In this document: positions 1 to 9,442 of the stretch, piece by piece
Layout: the number at the start of each line of letters is the position of its first letter
Numbering within the stretch: the stretch's first letter is position 1
Source of the DNA: Bacillota bacterium
GTDB lineage: Bacteria; Bacillota; UBA4882; UBA8346
Assembly: GCA_029776205.1 (NCBI GenBank)
Contig: JAKOTQ010000082.1
Coordinates: 2,909 to 66,908 of the forward strand
Length of the DNA stretch: 64,000 nt
Reading direction: 5' to 3'
Program-made: the position numbers and the translations under genes
The notes under the pieces: generated by a model
Seen by the model: the letters and a program-made list of their open reading frames with translations, nothing else
What the model was told of the DNA's origin: nothing
Database searches by the model: none

Positions 1-458
1 TCCTGTGGCGACAAAGCCACCGCTGTCACAAAAGCAGCTGCCGGAAAAGGCTTGGAAAAGACAATTTCGCGCCATGTCCTACCACTGTCTTCGGAAATAA
101 ACAATTGCCGGGCTGTTGTTACAGCCACCCGCTCCGGCCGACAGGGATCAACAGCCAAAGCAGTTAATGTACGCGGTTCAGCATCATTATATGGATAAAT
201 CCATTTTACCGGCAAACCAACATTCCGGGTTTCCCATCGGGCCCCGCCATCCTCTGAAACCATAAAACCTGCGTCGTCTGAAATCCCATACATCAATGAA
301 GTCCCGGTGGTTACCCAATCATTGGGAAATTTAGAGGAAAGTGAATTTACGCTAATATCGGAACGGGGTTTTTCTTCTGAAAAAGATGGATTTAAAAAAA
401 CAGCATGCAAAGTTAGTCCAAAAATTAAAGTTAAAACGATGATTTTTCTGATTGTCAC
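1..458 (-). CDS. Secreted BNR/Asp-box repeat protein, N-terminal part (gene runs off the window start)
   Basis: Own minus-strand translation. GTG at 458 follows GGAGAGGAA. Hydrophobic N-terminus (IIVLTLIFGLTLHAVF), then two Asp-box motifs, SEDGGARW and SEDSGRTW. Frame stays open to position 1. Truncated, so absent from the ORF track. Confidence 0.5.
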   Translation of the reverse strand, partial: MTIRKIIVLTLIFGLTLHAVFLNPSFSEEKPRSDISVNSLSSKFPNDWVTTGTSLMYGISDDAGFMVSEDGGARWETRNVGLPVKWIYPYNDAEPRTLTALAVDPCRPERVAVTTARQLFISEDSGRTWREIVFSKPFPAAAFVTAVALSPQ

Positions 459-577
459 GGTTCGGATTCCTCTCCAAGAGCTAAAGGATATTCAAGGGAA
501 TTTTTATAAAGATATCTTCGATAGCCACCACAATTCTCCTTCAGATCATGGGAAAGGTAACCATTTGTTAATCCATA

Positions 578-610
578 AATAAAAAGCACCGTGTGAAAAC
601 ACGGTGCTCT
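578..610 (-). terminator. Intrinsic terminator after the CBS / small-ORF unit
   Basis: 10-bp stem AGCACCGUGU/ACACGGUGCU with a 4-nt loop, followed by a U-run on the minus strand. Confidence 0.6.
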
Positions 611-611
611 A

Positions 612-788
612 TCATTGAAAAGATCGACTATCATTCCTATCAGATATAGGTTCTTCTTCGACGTCAAGCGGTGGTATGCTGCTAATCAACTGATCCAACC
701 GGGCTGTGGGACCAATCAAATCTTCGATCAGTCCTTCGACAGCCGGCCGTTTACGTTCAATAAAGGATGGATGGTTGTCTTCGCTCAT
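612..788 (-). CDS. Hypothetical acidic 58-aa protein, ATGA-coupled to the CBS gene
   Basis: Own translation: MSEDNHPSFIERKRPAVEGLIEDLIGPTARLDQLISSIPPLDVEEEPISDRNDSRSFQ. The ATG overlaps the CBS stop codon (ATGA) and the stop sits directly before the terminator. Below the ORF-track length cutoff. Confidence 0.35.
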   Translation of the reverse strand: MSEDNHPSFIERKRPAVEGLIEDLIGPTARLDQLISSIPPLDVEEEPISDRNDSRSFQ

Positions 789-1225
789 TGCTTTGGCATC
801 TGTTCCGGTTCCGAAGGCGTCGAGATCTCGCCAAGGGTCCGAGCCAGTTCCACATCATATTTAGCTTGCGTGGCCAGATCCCCTAAAGCCACGATGCCGA
901 TCAGCTGATTATCTTCAACCACCGGTAGCCGCCGAATTTGCTGATGAGCCATTAGTGCAGCAGCTTCATTCAAGGACATATCCGGATTGACGGTCGTGAT
1001 CTGAGACGTCATCACATCTTTGACCGGAGTTGTATGGGGATCTTTTCCGTGAGCAATATTTCGAACCACGATGTCCCTGTCAGTGACCAATCCGACGACC
1101 TGTTTACCCTGGCAAACCGGGATCACGCCAACGTCATGTTTTTGCATCAATTGGGCAGTTTCTACCACCGATGTTTCAGGATTGACACAGGCAACTTGAG
1201 AAGTCATGATGTCGCGAATTTTCAA
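785..1225 (-). CDS. CBS-pair domain protein
   Basis: 146 aa with two CBS repeats (MKIRDIMT..., PVCQGKQVVGLVTDRDI, LPVVEDNQLIGIVALGDL). TTG start 8 nt after AAAGGAAG. Confidence 0.85.
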   Translation of the reverse strand: MKIRDIMTSQVACVNPETSVVETAQLMQKHDVGVIPVCQGKQVVGLVTDRDIVVRNIAHGKDPHTTPVKDVMTSQITTVNPDMSLNEAAALMAHQQIRRLPVVEDNQLIGIVALGDLATQAKYDVELARTLGEISTPSEPEQMPKQ

Positions 1226-1341
1226 GAGCTTTTCTTCCTTTCTGTTTTTCAGTATACTTCCACAGGGTTTTCTCTTTGAAGTTTAACCTTCCCGTTTTCG
1301 CTCCATACTGAAAGTTTCCCGAAAAACAGTTAAATAAAGTC

Positions 1342-1914
1342 TTAAGCAGGAATCCCTTCCAATCCTATTTCTTTAGCGACCGACTTCATTCCCTCGATGG
1401 TCATTCCGATAATATCGTTAAGATCAGCCTCCAGCATCTGAACGCCTTTTTCAATCACCGCCCGGTTAGCTCCGGCAGCAAAAGCCTTATCCTTCCATTT
1501 TTTCTTCACGGAACTTACCTGTAAATCCAAAATACTTTTTGAAGGCCGTACCAAAACAGTTGCTGTAATTAAACCCGTCAATTCATCGATAGTATACAGC
1601 ACTTTCTCCATCTTCGATACCGGTTCCACATCAGAACATATACCCCAACCGTGGCTGACCACTGCCCGGATATACTCCTCCGGCCATCCGGCTTCTTCCA
1701 AAATCGTCCGGCTTTTCCAGCAATGCTCCTCAGGCCAGGCTTCATAATCCAAATCATGAACTAATCCGATGATCCCCCATTTATCGGGATCTTCTCCATA
1801 GACACTGGCAAAATGGCGCATAACTGCTTCCACAGTCAACGCATGTTTAATCAAGCTTTCACTATGAGTATACTTTTTCAATAGTTGCAAAGCCTCTTCA
1901 CGGGTTGGAACCAT
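1342..1914 (-). CDS. HD/HDIG-domain metal-dependent phosphohydrolase
   Basis: 190 aa carrying H...HD metal motifs (IKHALTVEAV, GLVHDLDYE). Confidence 0.8.
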   Translation of the reverse strand: MVPTREEALQLLKKYTHSESLIKHALTVEAVMRHFASVYGEDPDKWGIIGLVHDLDYEAWPEEHCWKSRTILEEAGWPEEYIRAVVSHGWGICSDVEPVSKMEKVLYTIDELTGLITATVLVRPSKSILDLQVSSVKKKWKDKAFAAGANRAVIEKGVQMLEADLNDIIGMTIEGMKSVAKEIGLEGIPA

Positions 1915-1941
1915 ACGATCATCTCCTCAGTTACTTATGAT

Positions 1942-2508
1942 CTATTTTTTATTCATTTCAACCAACTGTTTAAGCTGGTTTACTTCGCGACGTAAGGATT
2001 GAAGCTCGTCCAAAATTTGAAGTTCTAAACTGCCCTCATCTTCCTCTTCTTTTAAAATCACACTAAACTTACCGCAGGCTTCCAAAATCGCCTTGGATAC
2101 CTTCGAGATCCGGGAAACCCCTTGTTTTCTCAATTCCTGCCTTAGATCGGCGTATGATATATGTTCACGGGCCAGATTTTCCTCGATCAACTGGCCGTCA
2201 TTAATCAAAATCGTCGGTTTTCCCTCCACCAGCCGGGAAAAAAAGCGGGATTTGAAAGTCAACAGCGACAATATAAATTCAAGCCCTCCCAATAATATTA
2301 GAATAATAATCCCTTTTAACAGAGAGACTTTTTGCTCCAGACCGACGATGACAATGACTTCACCGATACCGACCATAATCACCAGATCGAACAGGCTCAA
2401 TTCACCAAGAGCCCGTTTTCCCATCAGACGTACAACAACCAAAGCAGCCACATAAATAGCTATCAAATTAAAAACAAAACTGAAAAAATCCGTCCAGCTT
2501 TCCATCAT
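1942..2508 (-). CDS. DUF421 (YetF-like) membrane protein
   Basis: 188 aa. N-terminal TM segments, RLMGKRALGELSLFDLV, and a C-terminal GKPTILINDGQL...LRKQGV...EACGKFSV pattern. Confidence 0.75.
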   Translation of the reverse strand: MMESWTDFFSFVFNLIAIYVAALVVVRLMGKRALGELSLFDLVIMVGIGEVIVIVGLEQKVSLLKGIIILILLGGLEFILSLLTFKSRFFSRLVEGKPTILINDGQLIEENLAREHISYADLRQELRKQGVSRISKVSKAILEACGKFSVILKEEEDEGSLELQILDELQSLRREVNQLKQLVEMNKK

Positions 2509-2556
2509 ATCGCCTCAACGCTAGTATAGCAGGTTGGCGATAGGATTATTACGGAC

Positions 2557-3369
2557 TTACTGGGTTTTGCCGCAAACGGGACATCTCCCTTTGACTGTCA
2601 CCGGTTTCACATTCGGCCATATTTTGCAGTCTGTCGTCCCCAGACTGCCCAACTTTTCATAGGGACAACGGTTATGAATCATATGATATCCTTCAAAGGT
2701 CAAACAACCGTCACTCGTACGGCCACACCGGAAACATACAGTCTGCGGATAGTATAAAACCCCTTTTTTTACGATCCCTTTATATTGCACCTTTTCTCCG
2801 CAAGCCATACACGTTGCGGATATCAGCTTTTTATCATCGATACTCCGCCAACGAATCCCTTCGGCCGAAAGGATCATGCGGGGGAATTCGGAAGGTAAGG
2901 CCGTATCCTGAACCTGGTAAAAAATTGGTGCCAAACGAAGCAAATCACCGGCAAATTCCGATGCTTCAATCGGTGTATGAATGAATTCCCACGGAAGGGC
3001 CAGTAGAATCATGAGGCAGACCATGATCATTAACCCGGCTTTACACCCGCCGAAAACCGCACCCAGTCCGCCGTCGACTATGGCAATCGGTTCATTTTTT
3101 CGTGATTGATGCCAGCGTCGGCCGAAAAAGCTGACCAGGCCAGCTATGCATACAACAATCAAAATAAAGGCAATAATATTGGCCAATGGGATCGAGAAAT
3201 TTAAGCGGGGAGCCAATAGGGCACCGACGGTTTTATAATAATGGAAGGCCAAAATTAATGCTACAACACTACCTATCAAATCAAACAGTTGCTGAACAAA
3301 ACCTCTTTTAAACCCTTTGACGATGAAATAGCCAAAGACACCGACAATCACCCAATCGAGCCAGGTCAA
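2557..3369 (-). CDS. cvpA: CvpA-family membrane protein with a Cys-rich C-terminal extension
   Basis: N-terminus MTWLDWVIVGVFGYFIVKGFKRGF is CvpA-like. Follows zapA as in Bacillus zapA-yshB. The last ~95 aa carry several CxxC pairs. Confidence 0.8.
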   Translation of the reverse strand: MTWLDWVIVGVFGYFIVKGFKRGFVQQLFDLIGSVVALILAFHYYKTVGALLAPRLNFSIPLANIIAFILIVVCIAGLVSFFGRRWHQSRKNEPIAIVDGGLGAVFGGCKAGLMIMVCLMILLALPWEFIHTPIEASEFAGDLLRLAPIFYQVQDTALPSEFPRMILSAEGIRWRSIDDKKLISATCMACGEKVQYKGIVKKGVLYYPQTVCFRCGRTSDGCLTFEGYHMIHNRCPYEKLGSLGTTDCKIWPNVKPVTVKGRCPVCGKTQ

Positions 3370-3380
3370 ATAAATCCCCC

Positions 3381-3680
3381 CTATTTGGCTTGTTCGAGCA
3401 ATTCTTCAAGATATCGATACTGCTTCCGCAGTTTATGTAATTCATCCGCAATTCGGAGGGCTGTTAATACCGACACCTGGGTTCGATTTAACTTAGGATT
3501 ATTGGCAGCAACCGATTGGATCTCCGTTTCGATAAAATTCGCAATCTCTTGGATATATTCCGGATCATCTTTGCCGCGAATAATATATTCATCACCCATT
3601 ACCTTAAAACTATATACATATTCACCATCAGCATTTTTACGCTCGAGCATCTCTTCACCTCTGTCTCCCCAATCGGCCAA
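3381..3680 (-). CDS. zapA: Cell division protein ZapA
   Basis: 99 aa with a ZapA-like core (FKVMGDEYIIRGKDDPEYIQEIANFIE...LTALRIADEL). Conserved position downstream of pheST. Confidence 0.8.
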   Translation of the reverse strand: MADWGDRGEEMLERKNADGEYVYSFKVMGDEYIIRGKDDPEYIQEIANFIETEIQSVAANNPKLNRTQVSVLTALRIADELHKLRKQYRYLEELLEQAK

Positions 3681-3736
3681 TTCTTTCTATCCTTTTAAAT
3701 TTAACCATAAAATAAAAAACTCCTTCAGAGAAGGAA

Positions 3737-4600
3737 TTAAACTTCGACGATAGCACCAAACAGATAAAGAAGGGTCAATAGAAATGCTGAAAAGACCATA
3801 TACAGCAGAAGATTTTTAATAAAGATCCGAGGATATTTAAATCCTTGTACATACTGGCGAACTGCCAACATCCACTGCAAATAGGAAAGTTCATCCTCAG
3901 TAGTTGGCAGATGCCCTGGTTCGATCTTGATATGGTTTTCGAAAAATTGATCAATAACTGTTATTTGGCTCTGAATCCATCGGATTGATTTTGAAGCAAA
4001 GATAGAATAATATGCCAAACCCGCTATCCACAGGATCCCTACCAGAATATAGCTATAAAACACCGTATCAAGCATATAAAATTGGACTAGGTAAAAATAT
4101 AGCGCAGCCTCTAAAAACACAAGCCAAAAACCTAAAGCTTGCAATTCTGAGCCCACCCGGTTCCATAACCGATGATAATCGTACACCGATATTTCACCCA
4201 TGGTCATCCAAAAATGAGCCAATACGATGATGGGCTCAAAGGTTAGTGCAATAAACAGACTCCAACACAGGCCATCCCCAAATCGCAACAACCAATATTG
4301 CCAATCTAGACGGTTCAATATGCTGCCTTGAAAGGACGCAAAAACAGAAAAGCTCAGTAAAAAGATCCCCTGAAGAACCTTTCGTTTTCGATAGACAGGA
4401 AATAATAATTCCCTGCCCATATAGACGATACCGGCGAAGATCAATTTAAACTGAAGCAAAGGATTGAGCTTAAAACCGCTACCTGCTTCCTCATATCCCA
4501 AAAGCAATGATGTAACTCCTAGCCAAACAATGATAAAACCTAAATAAATGAGCTCCTTTTTGAAAGAAACGTTATTGAATTTTTGAGAGATAACCATCAT
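3737..4600 (-). CDS. Polytopic membrane protein of unknown function
   Basis: About 8 hydrophobic segments. I moved the start to the ATG at 4600, which is preceded by GGAGGGA at 7 nt (the ORF-track start 4621 has no RBS). Confidence 0.5.
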   Translation of the reverse strand: MMVISQKFNNVSFKKELIYLGFIIVWLGVTSLLLGYEEAGSGFKLNPLLQFKLIFAGIVYMGRELLFPVYRKRKVLQGIFLLSFSVFASFQGSILNRLDWQYWLLRFGDGLCWSLFIALTFEPIIVLAHFWMTMGEISVYDYHRLWNRVGSELQALGFWLVFLEAALYFYLVQFYMLDTVFYSYILVGILWIAGLAYYSIFASKSIRWIQSQITVIDQFFENHIKIEPGHLPTTEDELSYLQWMLAVRQYVQGFKYPRIFIKNLLLYMVFSAFLLTLLYLFGAIVEV

Positions 4601-4687
4601 AAAAAAATCCCTCCGGTCCATATTGGTACAATCTATGAACCGCGGAGGGAAGTTATAACTAGAGACTGAAAAAATGGCAACTGAAAA

Positions 4688-7090
4688 TCAGCCCCGGATA
4701 ACGGCTCCGTATTGTTGATTCAGTTTCTCAAGAAGTTCAGCCTGGAGTTGTTGCACTTCGGCATCATTTAAAGTACGGTCTTTTGCCCGATAGCTCAGAC
4801 TGAAGGCCATACTCCGACAGCCCTTTGGCAGTTGTTCACCGGTATAAACATCGAAAAGCTCGACACTTTCAATTAATTCACTGCCTAAAGCCTGGATTTG
4901 AGCGATCACATGCTCCGGCGTAACGTCTACCGGAAGGACCAATGCCAAATCCCGCTCCACTGCCGGGAATTTGGGAAGCGGTTTAAAGAGTATGTCCTGC
5001 TGCCAACTTTCGATCAAAGTCTCTAAGTCCACTTCCAAAAGGTAGGCTCTCTCGGTCAATTCATAATTTTTAGCAACTCGTGGATGAACTTGGCCCAAAT
5101 AACCGATATTCCGGCCGTTTACCAAAATTTCCGCAGCCTGGCCCGGGTGTAAATAGGGCCTTGAAGAAATGGCAAAGTCCAAACCGGTGACTTTGAAATG
5201 ATCAGCGATCAGCTCCATCAAACCTTTAATATCATAAAAATCATATTGTTCCTTAGGTTGGTTCCAACCCAGATCCGCTTTATGCCCCATTAAGCCAATG
5301 GCTAAATGGAGAGGTTCATCCGGAAGAATCGCATCATCTTTCGGTAGATATACCCGGGCCATTTCGAAGAAGGCCACATCATTTTGACGCCGTTTCGCGT
5401 TGAAAGCCAATGCTTCCAACATGCCATGGGCTAAGGTGGTTCGCATGACCGCCTGTTCTTCACTTAACGGCACCATCAGATCCACTGTATTCCTTAATCC
5501 GTCATCAACTGCCAATCCCAATTGCTCCGGAACGGCTTTGGAATACAGGCTATAAGTGATAATTTCCGAAAGTCCATTTCCCTGTAAAAGCCGTCGCAAT
5601 TCAAAGCGGAACTTCTGCCCGATGGTCCGTTCCCCAACGGCTTGATTGGCCGGGAGCGTCACCGGAATCCGATCATAACCATATAAACGGGCCACTTCTT
5701 CCGCTAAATCTGCCATATGACTGATGTCCCTCCGGAAGGACGGAACCGTAACTTCGAGAAACTCACCGTTCTCAACCACAGTCATAAATACTGATTCCAA
5801 ATATTTTCGAATCGTATCCACCGAAAGGGATGTACCTAGCCATTCGTTAATCCGGTTGGCTTTGAATTTGACCACTTTCGGCATAACCGGGTTAGGATAC
5901 ACATCGATATATCCTTTAGTTAATTCGCCTTCACCCAGCTCCTGCATTAATGAAGCAGCCCGATTTAAAGCTTGGATAACTCCTTCTGGATCAACGCCAC
6001 GTTCAAACCGTAGAGACGACTCGGTCCGCATCTCCAGGGACTTAGCAGTTTTACGCACGCTTATCGGGTTGAAATACGCCGCTTCCAAGAAGATATTCAA
6101 GGTCTCGTCCGTTACTTCACTGGTATTTCCGCCCATGACGCCAGCAACGCACAGGGGCTTTGTCGGATCAGTGATCAACAGATTATCCGGTTGGAATGTT
6201 CGTTCAACTTCATCCAAAGTAACCATTTTTTCACCGGCTTTCGCCCGGCGCACCACGATTTCTCCTCCAGATATCTGATCCAGGTCAAAAGCATGGAGCG
6301 GTTGATTGTATTCCATCATCACATAATTGGTGATGTCCACAATATTGTTAATGGGCCGTATACCGGCTGCCCGAAGCCGCCGCTGCATCCATTCGGGTGA
6401 CGGTTTGATTTTCACATTGCGGCAAACCCGGCCTGCATATCGGGGACACAGATCCGGATCGTTGATTGAAACCCGAACAAAGGCTGCTGTCTCCTGGCCG
6501 GTTTCTTTCAACTGGACAACCGGAAGTTTCACTTTCGTTCCTAAGATCGCCGCAACCTCCCGGGCTACGCCTATCATACCCAAACAATCCGAACGGTTAG
6601 CAGTCAACTCCAAAACCAATACCTGGTCTTCTTCACCCAAAGCCTTCGCTACCGGAGTTCCCGGTTCATAAGCTTCATTGAAAATCCATATACCGCTGGA
6701 TTCTTTTTCGATGCCCAGTTCCATCCCGGAACACATCATTCCTTCAGAAAGAACCTCTTTGAACATGACGTCATTAATCTGTTTTCCGTCAGGCAGAATC
6801 GTTCCTGAAAGGGCTAAAGGCACCAGATCGCCTACGGACAGATTTTTAGCTGCAGTGATCACCTGTTTTACCCCATATTCACCTGCATCCAGCTTCGTTA
6901 TGGTCAAATTATCAGCGTGGGGATGTTTCACCAATTCGAGAACTTTCGCAACAACGATTCCCTGATATTTGGCAGCCTGATCTTCGATCTCCTCGACTGC
7001 AATTCCGGCCATGGTTAACCGTTCAGCTAGTTCTGTAACACTGCAATCAATATCTACCAGTTCTTTTAACCATTCTATTGAAACCCGCAT
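4688..7090 (-). CDS. pheT: Phenylalanine--tRNA ligase beta subunit
   Basis: 800 aa with the full PheT architecture (tRNA-binding, B3/4, B5 and FDX-ACB domains). Lies directly after pheS. Confidence 0.97.
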   Translation of the reverse strand: MRVSIEWLKELVDIDCSVTELAERLTMAGIAVEEIEDQAAKYQGIVVAKVLELVKHPHADNLTITKLDAGEYGVKQVITAAKNLSVGDLVPLALSGTILPDGKQINDVMFKEVLSEGMMCSGMELGIEKESSGIWIFNEAYEPGTPVAKALGEEDQVLVLELTANRSDCLGMIGVAREVAAILGTKVKLPVVQLKETGQETAAFVRVSINDPDLCPRYAGRVCRNVKIKPSPEWMQRRLRAAGIRPINNIVDITNYVMMEYNQPLHAFDLDQISGGEIVVRRAKAGEKMVTLDEVERTFQPDNLLITDPTKPLCVAGVMGGNTSEVTDETLNIFLEAAYFNPISVRKTAKSLEMRTESSLRFERGVDPEGVIQALNRAASLMQELGEGELTKGYIDVYPNPVMPKVVKFKANRINEWLGTSLSVDTIRKYLESVFMTVVENGEFLEVTVPSFRRDISHMADLAEEVARLYGYDRIPVTLPANQAVGERTIGQKFRFELRRLLQGNGLSEIITYSLYSKAVPEQLGLAVDDGLRNTVDLMVPLSEEQAVMRTTLAHGMLEALAFNAKRRQNDVAFFEMARVYLPKDDAILPDEPLHLAIGLMGHKADLGWNQPKEQYDFYDIKGLMELIADHFKVTGLDFAISSRPYLHPGQAAEILVNGRNIGYLGQVHPRVAKNYELTERAYLLEVDLETLIESWQQDILFKPLPKFPAVERDLALVLPVDVTPEHVIAQIQALGSELIESVELFDVYTGEQLPKGCRSMAFSLSYRAKDRTLNDAEVQQLQAELLEKLNQQYGAVIRG

Positions 7091-7104
7091 GGTTCGTCCT
7101 CCCC

Positions 7105-8124
7105 TTAAAATTGATTCAAAAAGCGCTGATCATTATCGAAGAACACCCGAATATCATTAATCTGATATTTCAAAATGGCGATCCGTTCGACACCCATTCC
7201 GAAGGCAAAACCGGAAACCTCATCCGGGTCATATTTGGCCATTTTTAATACCACCGGATTCACTGAACCTGAACCTAGAATCTCCAGCCAGCCGCTGCCT
7301 TTACAAATTCGACAGCCTTTGCCGCCACAGACACATGAGACGTCTACCTCAGCGCTGGGTTCTGTAAACGGGAAGAAGCTAGGCCTGAAACGCACTTGCC
7401 GATCTTCACCAAACAGTTTCTTGACAAAAACCGTCAAAACCCCTTTTAAATCAGCAAAAGTAATGCCTTTGTCAACAACTAACCCTTCGATCTGATGAAA
7501 CATGGGAGAATGAGTTGCATCCAGAGCATCTCGACGATAAACCCGACCCGGGGCGATAATTCGAATCGGATTAGGATATAACTTTTCCATGGTTCGGATT
7601 TGAACCGGAGACGTATGGGTTCTAAGTAGGATCTCATTCGTAATATATAATGAATCTTGCATATCCCGGGCCGGATGGTCTTTTGGAAGATTTAAGGCTT
7701 CGAAGTTATAATAGTCGGTTTCCACTTCCGGTCCCTCCGCAATGGTAAATCCCATCCCTAAAAAGATGGATTCGATCTCTTCCATCACCATTTGCAAAGG
7801 ATGAGCATGACCGGTTTTCGGTTTTCGGCCGGGTAAAAAGATATCTAGCCGCTCCGCCTGTAACTGCCGTTCTTCCTCAATGGCGGCAATGGCCTGATGA
7901 CGCTCAGTTAAGGCCTGTTCCAATGCTTCACGAACGTTATTGGCCATTTCGCCAATGATCGGCCGCTCTTCAGGGGAAAGGCTGCCCATCCCGCGTAAAA
8001 TTGCGGTAAGTGAACCTTTTTTTCCCAAGTATTTAACCCGGATTTCCTGAAGAACCTTACTATCAGTGACAGCTTCGATTTCGCGTAAAGCTTCACTTCG
8101 TAGATTTTCCAACTGTTCTTTCAT
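7105..8124 (-). CDS. pheS: Phenylalanine--tRNA ligase alpha subunit
   Basis: Class II aaRS motifs ([24 protein letters not shown]). Start moved to the ATG at 8124 (MKEQLENL), which follows AGGAGG. The ORF-track N-terminal extension runs into the T-box terminator. Confidence 0.95.
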   Translation of the reverse strand: MKEQLENLRSEALREIEAVTDSKVLQEIRVKYLGKKGSLTAILRGMGSLSPEERPIIGEMANNVREALEQALTERHQAIAAIEEERQLQAERLDIFLPGRKPKTGHAHPLQMVMEEIESIFLGMGFTIAEGPEVETDYYNFEALNLPKDHPARDMQDSLYITNEILLRTHTSPVQIRTMEKLYPNPIRIIAPGRVYRRDALDATHSPMFHQIEGLVVDKGITFADLKGVLTVFVKKLFGEDRQVRFRPSFFPFTEPSAEVDVSCVCGGKGCRICKGSGWLEILGSGSVNPVVLKMAKYDPDEVSGFAFGMGVERIAILKYQINDIRVFFDNDQRFLNQF

Positions 8125-8144
8125 GGTAAAGCCTCCTATCCAAA

Positions 8145-8400
8145 GTAACACTATAAAAAAAACCTTCATCCCATCGGGACGAAGGTTTAGTTCGTGGTAC
8201 CACCCAAATATTATACTCTACCAGGTACGGGATATGTAATCCGATACCCTTTCCCGATAACGGGGGAAAACCGTCACGGCCTACTCTTACGTTCAGCCTA
8301 AAGTTCAAGAGGGAACTTCCCTGTAAAGGTCCGGTAAAAGCTTTCAGTCACGGCTTTTTTCCCTGTACCCATCCCACTTACAGGTACTTTTCTCTATCAT
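8145..8400 (-). promoter_or_regulatory. T-box leader (tRNA-Phe sensing) of pheST
   Basis: The minus strand shows stem I AGAGA..AGUA and the T-box sequence AAUAUUUGGGUGGUACCACGAAC (8191-8212). The terminator is AACCUUCGUCCC/GGGAUGAAGGUU plus U8 (8153-8188). A candidate UUC specifier lies at 8313-8315. Confidence 0.85.
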
Positions 8401-8426
8401 CACCTTTAAAATATTCAACTAATTGA

Positions 8427-8537
8427 TTAAATCAACGTTCTTGTGATTTCTCGGTAAATCAAATAGGCGGTGATTGAACCAGTGGTTTCAAAAACTCTCC
8501 AAAAAAAATCGGCAGATAACTTCATTTCAAAAATCAT
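8427..8537 (-). CDS. YqzL-like small protein (36 aa, or 32 aa from the second ATG at 8525)
   Basis: Own translation: MIFEMKLSADFFWRVFETTGSITAYLIYREITRTLI. This matches my recollection of the YqzL motif F.W..F..TG.I..YL.Y.E. Below the ORF-track cutoff. Confidence 0.5.
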   Translation of the reverse strand: MIFEMKLSADFFWRVFETTGSITAYLIYREITRTLI

Positions 8538-8605
8538 CCCCTTTTTCACAGACTATGCTTGTGAAAACGGTCACCGCAGTACTAAATTTATTATAACAAA
8601 GCCAT

Positions 8606-9415
8606 TTAATTTTTACAAGACCTGTTCATCATGCGTTGCCGAACCGCCTCGTATATTAAGATGCCGGCTGACACAGCCACATTGAGGGATTCAGCTTGGC
8701 CAGGTTGCGGAATATAGACTTTTCGGATGGGATAATTTTCCCAGACTTCTGACACCCCTTTCCCTTCATTACCGACCAGGAATAATGTTGGGCCAAGCAT
8801 TTCCACCTCGAAGTAGGATTGGGTTGCATCCGGATAGCCGGCTACAATCTGAATCCCGTGTTCCTCCGCATTCTTATAAATGTACTCGGGAGTCCGGTTG
8901 GGATACAGGTTTTGATTGAAAATCCCTCCCATCGTTGCCCTCACCACTTTTCCCTGATAAGGGTCTGCGGTCCCTGGAGTAAAAAAGAGACTGTCCAGAC
9001 CAGCGGCCCAGGCCGTTCGAATGATGGTGCCTATATTTCCGGGGTCCTGGACTCCATCAACGATCAGGCCAAACCGGATCCGGGAAAAATCGATCGGTTT
9101 TTCGCTTGGGATTTCAATCAGAGCCAAAATGCCTTGAGGACTTTCAGTCTCGGACATTTTTCGAAAGACATGATCAGATACTTCAATGCCTTGATACCGA
9201 GATTGGAGTTGATCTAAAAGAGTTTTCCCCTCGAGCGAGGTGGTGAGTTTGCTGGTCCAAATATAGCGCTGAATAGGAATCCCGGCTTTGAGCGCTTCGG
9301 TGACCGGATGGATTCCTTCAGCTATAAATAGCTTTTGTTCTTTTCGTCCCTTTTTATGGTGTAAACTCATTACCAATTTGACCAAATCATTGGATGTACT
9401 GGTTATCAATTCCAT
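8606..9415 (-). CDS. TrmH/SpoU-family RNA 2'-O-methyltransferase (YsgA/RlmB-like)
   Basis: 269 aa with SpoU motifs (LVGNEGKGVS, IPQPGQAESLNVAVSAGILIYE). Sits upstream of pheS, as ysgA does in Bacillus. Confidence 0.85.
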   Translation of the reverse strand: MELITSTSNDLVKLVMSLHHKKGRKEQKLFIAEGIHPVTEALKAGIPIQRYIWTSKLTTSLEGKTLLDQLQSRYQGIEVSDHVFRKMSETESPQGILALIEIPSEKPIDFSRIRFGLIVDGVQDPGNIGTIIRTAWAAGLDSLFFTPGTADPYQGKVVRATMGGIFNQNLYPNRTPEYIYKNAEEHGIQIVAGYPDATQSYFEVEMLGPTLFLVGNEGKGVSEVWENYPIRKVYIPQPGQAESLNVAVSAGILIYEAVRQRMMNRSCKN

Positions 9416-9442
9416 GAAACCTCACTTTATCAAGATCGCCGT

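Noticed and set aside
307-582. 91-aa plus-strand ORF and the overlapping 455-667 and 615-908 ORFs.
   Set aside because: They overlap the better-supported BNR-repeat gene start, the terminator hairpin and the CBS / small-ORF unit. None has an RBS.
5724-6278. Plus-strand ORFs of 60-190 aa embedded in pheT. The ORF track lists many similar antisense ORFs throughout, for example in pnp, carB, purB, folP and pyrP.
   Set aside because: They lie antisense to strongly conserved genes, lack an RBS, and have low-complexity or Arg/Ser/Pro-rich composition typical of antisense frames.
8125-8169. N-terminal extensions of track ORFs (pheS, rpsO, pgm, purC, purF, carA, pyrD, pyrK, folK, ytxC, fabZ-like, XRE-cupin, SGNH, DUF2148, nif3-like).
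   Set aside because: In each case an internal start has a well-spaced GGAGG-type RBS and matches the expected family N-terminus. The extension overlaps a terminator, a leader RNA or the neighbouring gene.
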